From: Geosiphon pyriformis uo1
Lineage: Eukaryota; Fungi; Glomeromycota
NCBI GenBank assembly: GCA_016748015.1
Contig: JAAOMT010000128.1
Coordinates: 751,538-815,537 of the forward strand
Reading direction: 5' to 3'
DNA: 64,000 bases
Position numbers and translations under genes: made by a program. Below, one piece after another: positions 62,801 through 64,000 of the stretch (its first letter is position 1; the number at the start of each line of letters is the position of its first letter). The notes under the pieces were generated by a model. It worked only from the letters and a program-made list of their open reading frames with translations, searched no databases and was not told the DNA's origin.

Positions 62801-64000
62801 ACTAAAACCAAAGACACCAAATTCATATTACTTAATTTTTAAACAATATTAAATATTTAATTAGCCAAAAATTCTAAAAAATACTTTAAAAAAGCCAAAT
62901 AAACAATAATAAATAAATTATTTTATCAAATAAAAAAAACTATATTAAAACATAAAGCATTTAAAAAAAACAATACAAAATCAGAACTCAAGTAAGTATT
63001 ATTAAAAATAAAAGTTAGCAAAACTATTTAAGTTCATAATTTGTTATTAAAGACAATAAAATAGGAGATAAAAACACATTTTTTAATATATAATTTGGCC
63101 AATTAGAAGCAATTAATTTTCAAGATAGACTTTTTATATACTTTTGAAGACCAAAAAATAAATGCATTTGGTATATTACATTTTAAAGCAAAATGTTCAA
63201 AATACTTATATTTTTTACAATAAACTAAGTTTAATCTAGTCCAAAAAAGCCTTATACTATTAAAAATAGGCTTTATACAAAAAATTAATTCTAAATTTTT
63301 ATATATTTTAAAGCTTACTACAATATAATATATTTTATTACTAGTTTCAAATAATTAATTTATAATAAAAGTTTTTTTACCAGTTTTTTCTAATAAAATG
63401 CTAAAATTGTAAGCTGTTGTTTCTGCAGACAAAGTAAACAAAAATGCTTTAAACTAATTCTTTAATATTTAAACATTCTGGTCTCTTATAGTTTTAATTA
63501 TACATACTGAATTTTTTCTAATTAAAAATAACTACTTAGATGTTAACAGATTTGTCTAACTTAATTTAGTAAATTCAACTACAGTTTTCTGCTATAATTT
63601 AATTAGTAATAATTAAATTAACACTATCTAATTATACTTGACTACTACAACAATAATTATTTCTTTAAATGTATTTATAGAAATATTTTTTAATTACCAC
63701 AGCCTAATTTGAATGTATTTTTTGTTTTTTAAAATTACTGTTTAGTTTAATTCCTTTTTTTTTAGCCAATAACATGGCTTTATTCAAGTTTTTTTTAGAT
63801 GTAAACATAGATCTAATGATTTTTTCAAATTTTGAAAAGATAATAGCTTTTTTAAAACCAGTAATTATTAAAAAATTATTCTAATAATCTAAGTTTTAGG
63901 TATTATTGATTTGTTTTTCATTGTTAATAGATTGATATCCAAAGCAAAAAATTTTTTAATAGTCATTTCAACTGGTGTTTTTATTATTTTAAAGTTAATC
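56850..64000 (-). mobile_element. Heavily decayed LINE (APE endonuclease + RT ORF2, ORF1 remnant upstream), running off the window
   Basis: ORF2 start ~62530 reads V*KIVTYNIKSINNLAKQ (=WKIATCNVRG, APE). 61355-61579 is a linker. RT L*NIHKI (LQDMRKAYD) ~60575, 'FD*SK' (GLDQGE) ~60410 and FMNN (FVDD) ~60230. 3' tail and poly(A) at ~56850-56990. Confidence 0.8.
59036..59933 (+). mobile_element. Solo LTR of a third family (C) inserted in the LINE
   Basis: T(A)TTACTC...TTGTAACA termini; flanks ATAA/ATGG; less eroded than the surrounding LINE; internal AGAATTCCAAGATTCC repeats; its TATA-like segment resembles LTR-B. Confidence 0.65.

Overview
Eukaryotic, intron-rich, very AT-rich fungal DNA. Glomeromycotina-like, and the repeat families resemble those of Geosiphon (inference from memory, not a database hit). 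There are two CpG-retaining gene islands. The first (~10.4-15.7 kb) holds RFC1. The second (~19.2-32.3 kb) holds an IS607 TnpA/Fanzor2 relic, VPS51, a Btz/CASC3-like gene, a GatC/GatF-like gene, GLY1 and RPF1. They sit among C>T/G>A-eroded retroelements. The right half is a nested stack: an ORF1-only 'half-LINE' (33.1-56.5 kb) is split by Ty3/gypsy element A (34337-55458, +). The dUTPase of A is split by element B (39688-50151, -), and the integrase of B is split by a B-family solo LTR (42532-43335). A decayed LINE follows (56.85-64 kb, -) with a third-family solo LTR inside it. Main finding: A and B share an unusual organisation. Each has a GUG-initiated Gag extension, a Gag-PR-Cys-rich-dUTPase-RT-RNaseH ORF, a separately encoded integrase with its own ATG, an extra non-Env ORF3 and a conserved CpG-retaining motif before the PPT. 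All four LTR insertions have 4-bp TSDs traceable to CCGN, the target known for Ginger1 transposons. Also notable: the intron-containing Fanzor2/IS607 relic with a candidate omegaRNA hairpin, and HAL1-like ORF1-only elements sharing the LINE 3' tail. Four 20-N gaps show local assembly uncertainty.
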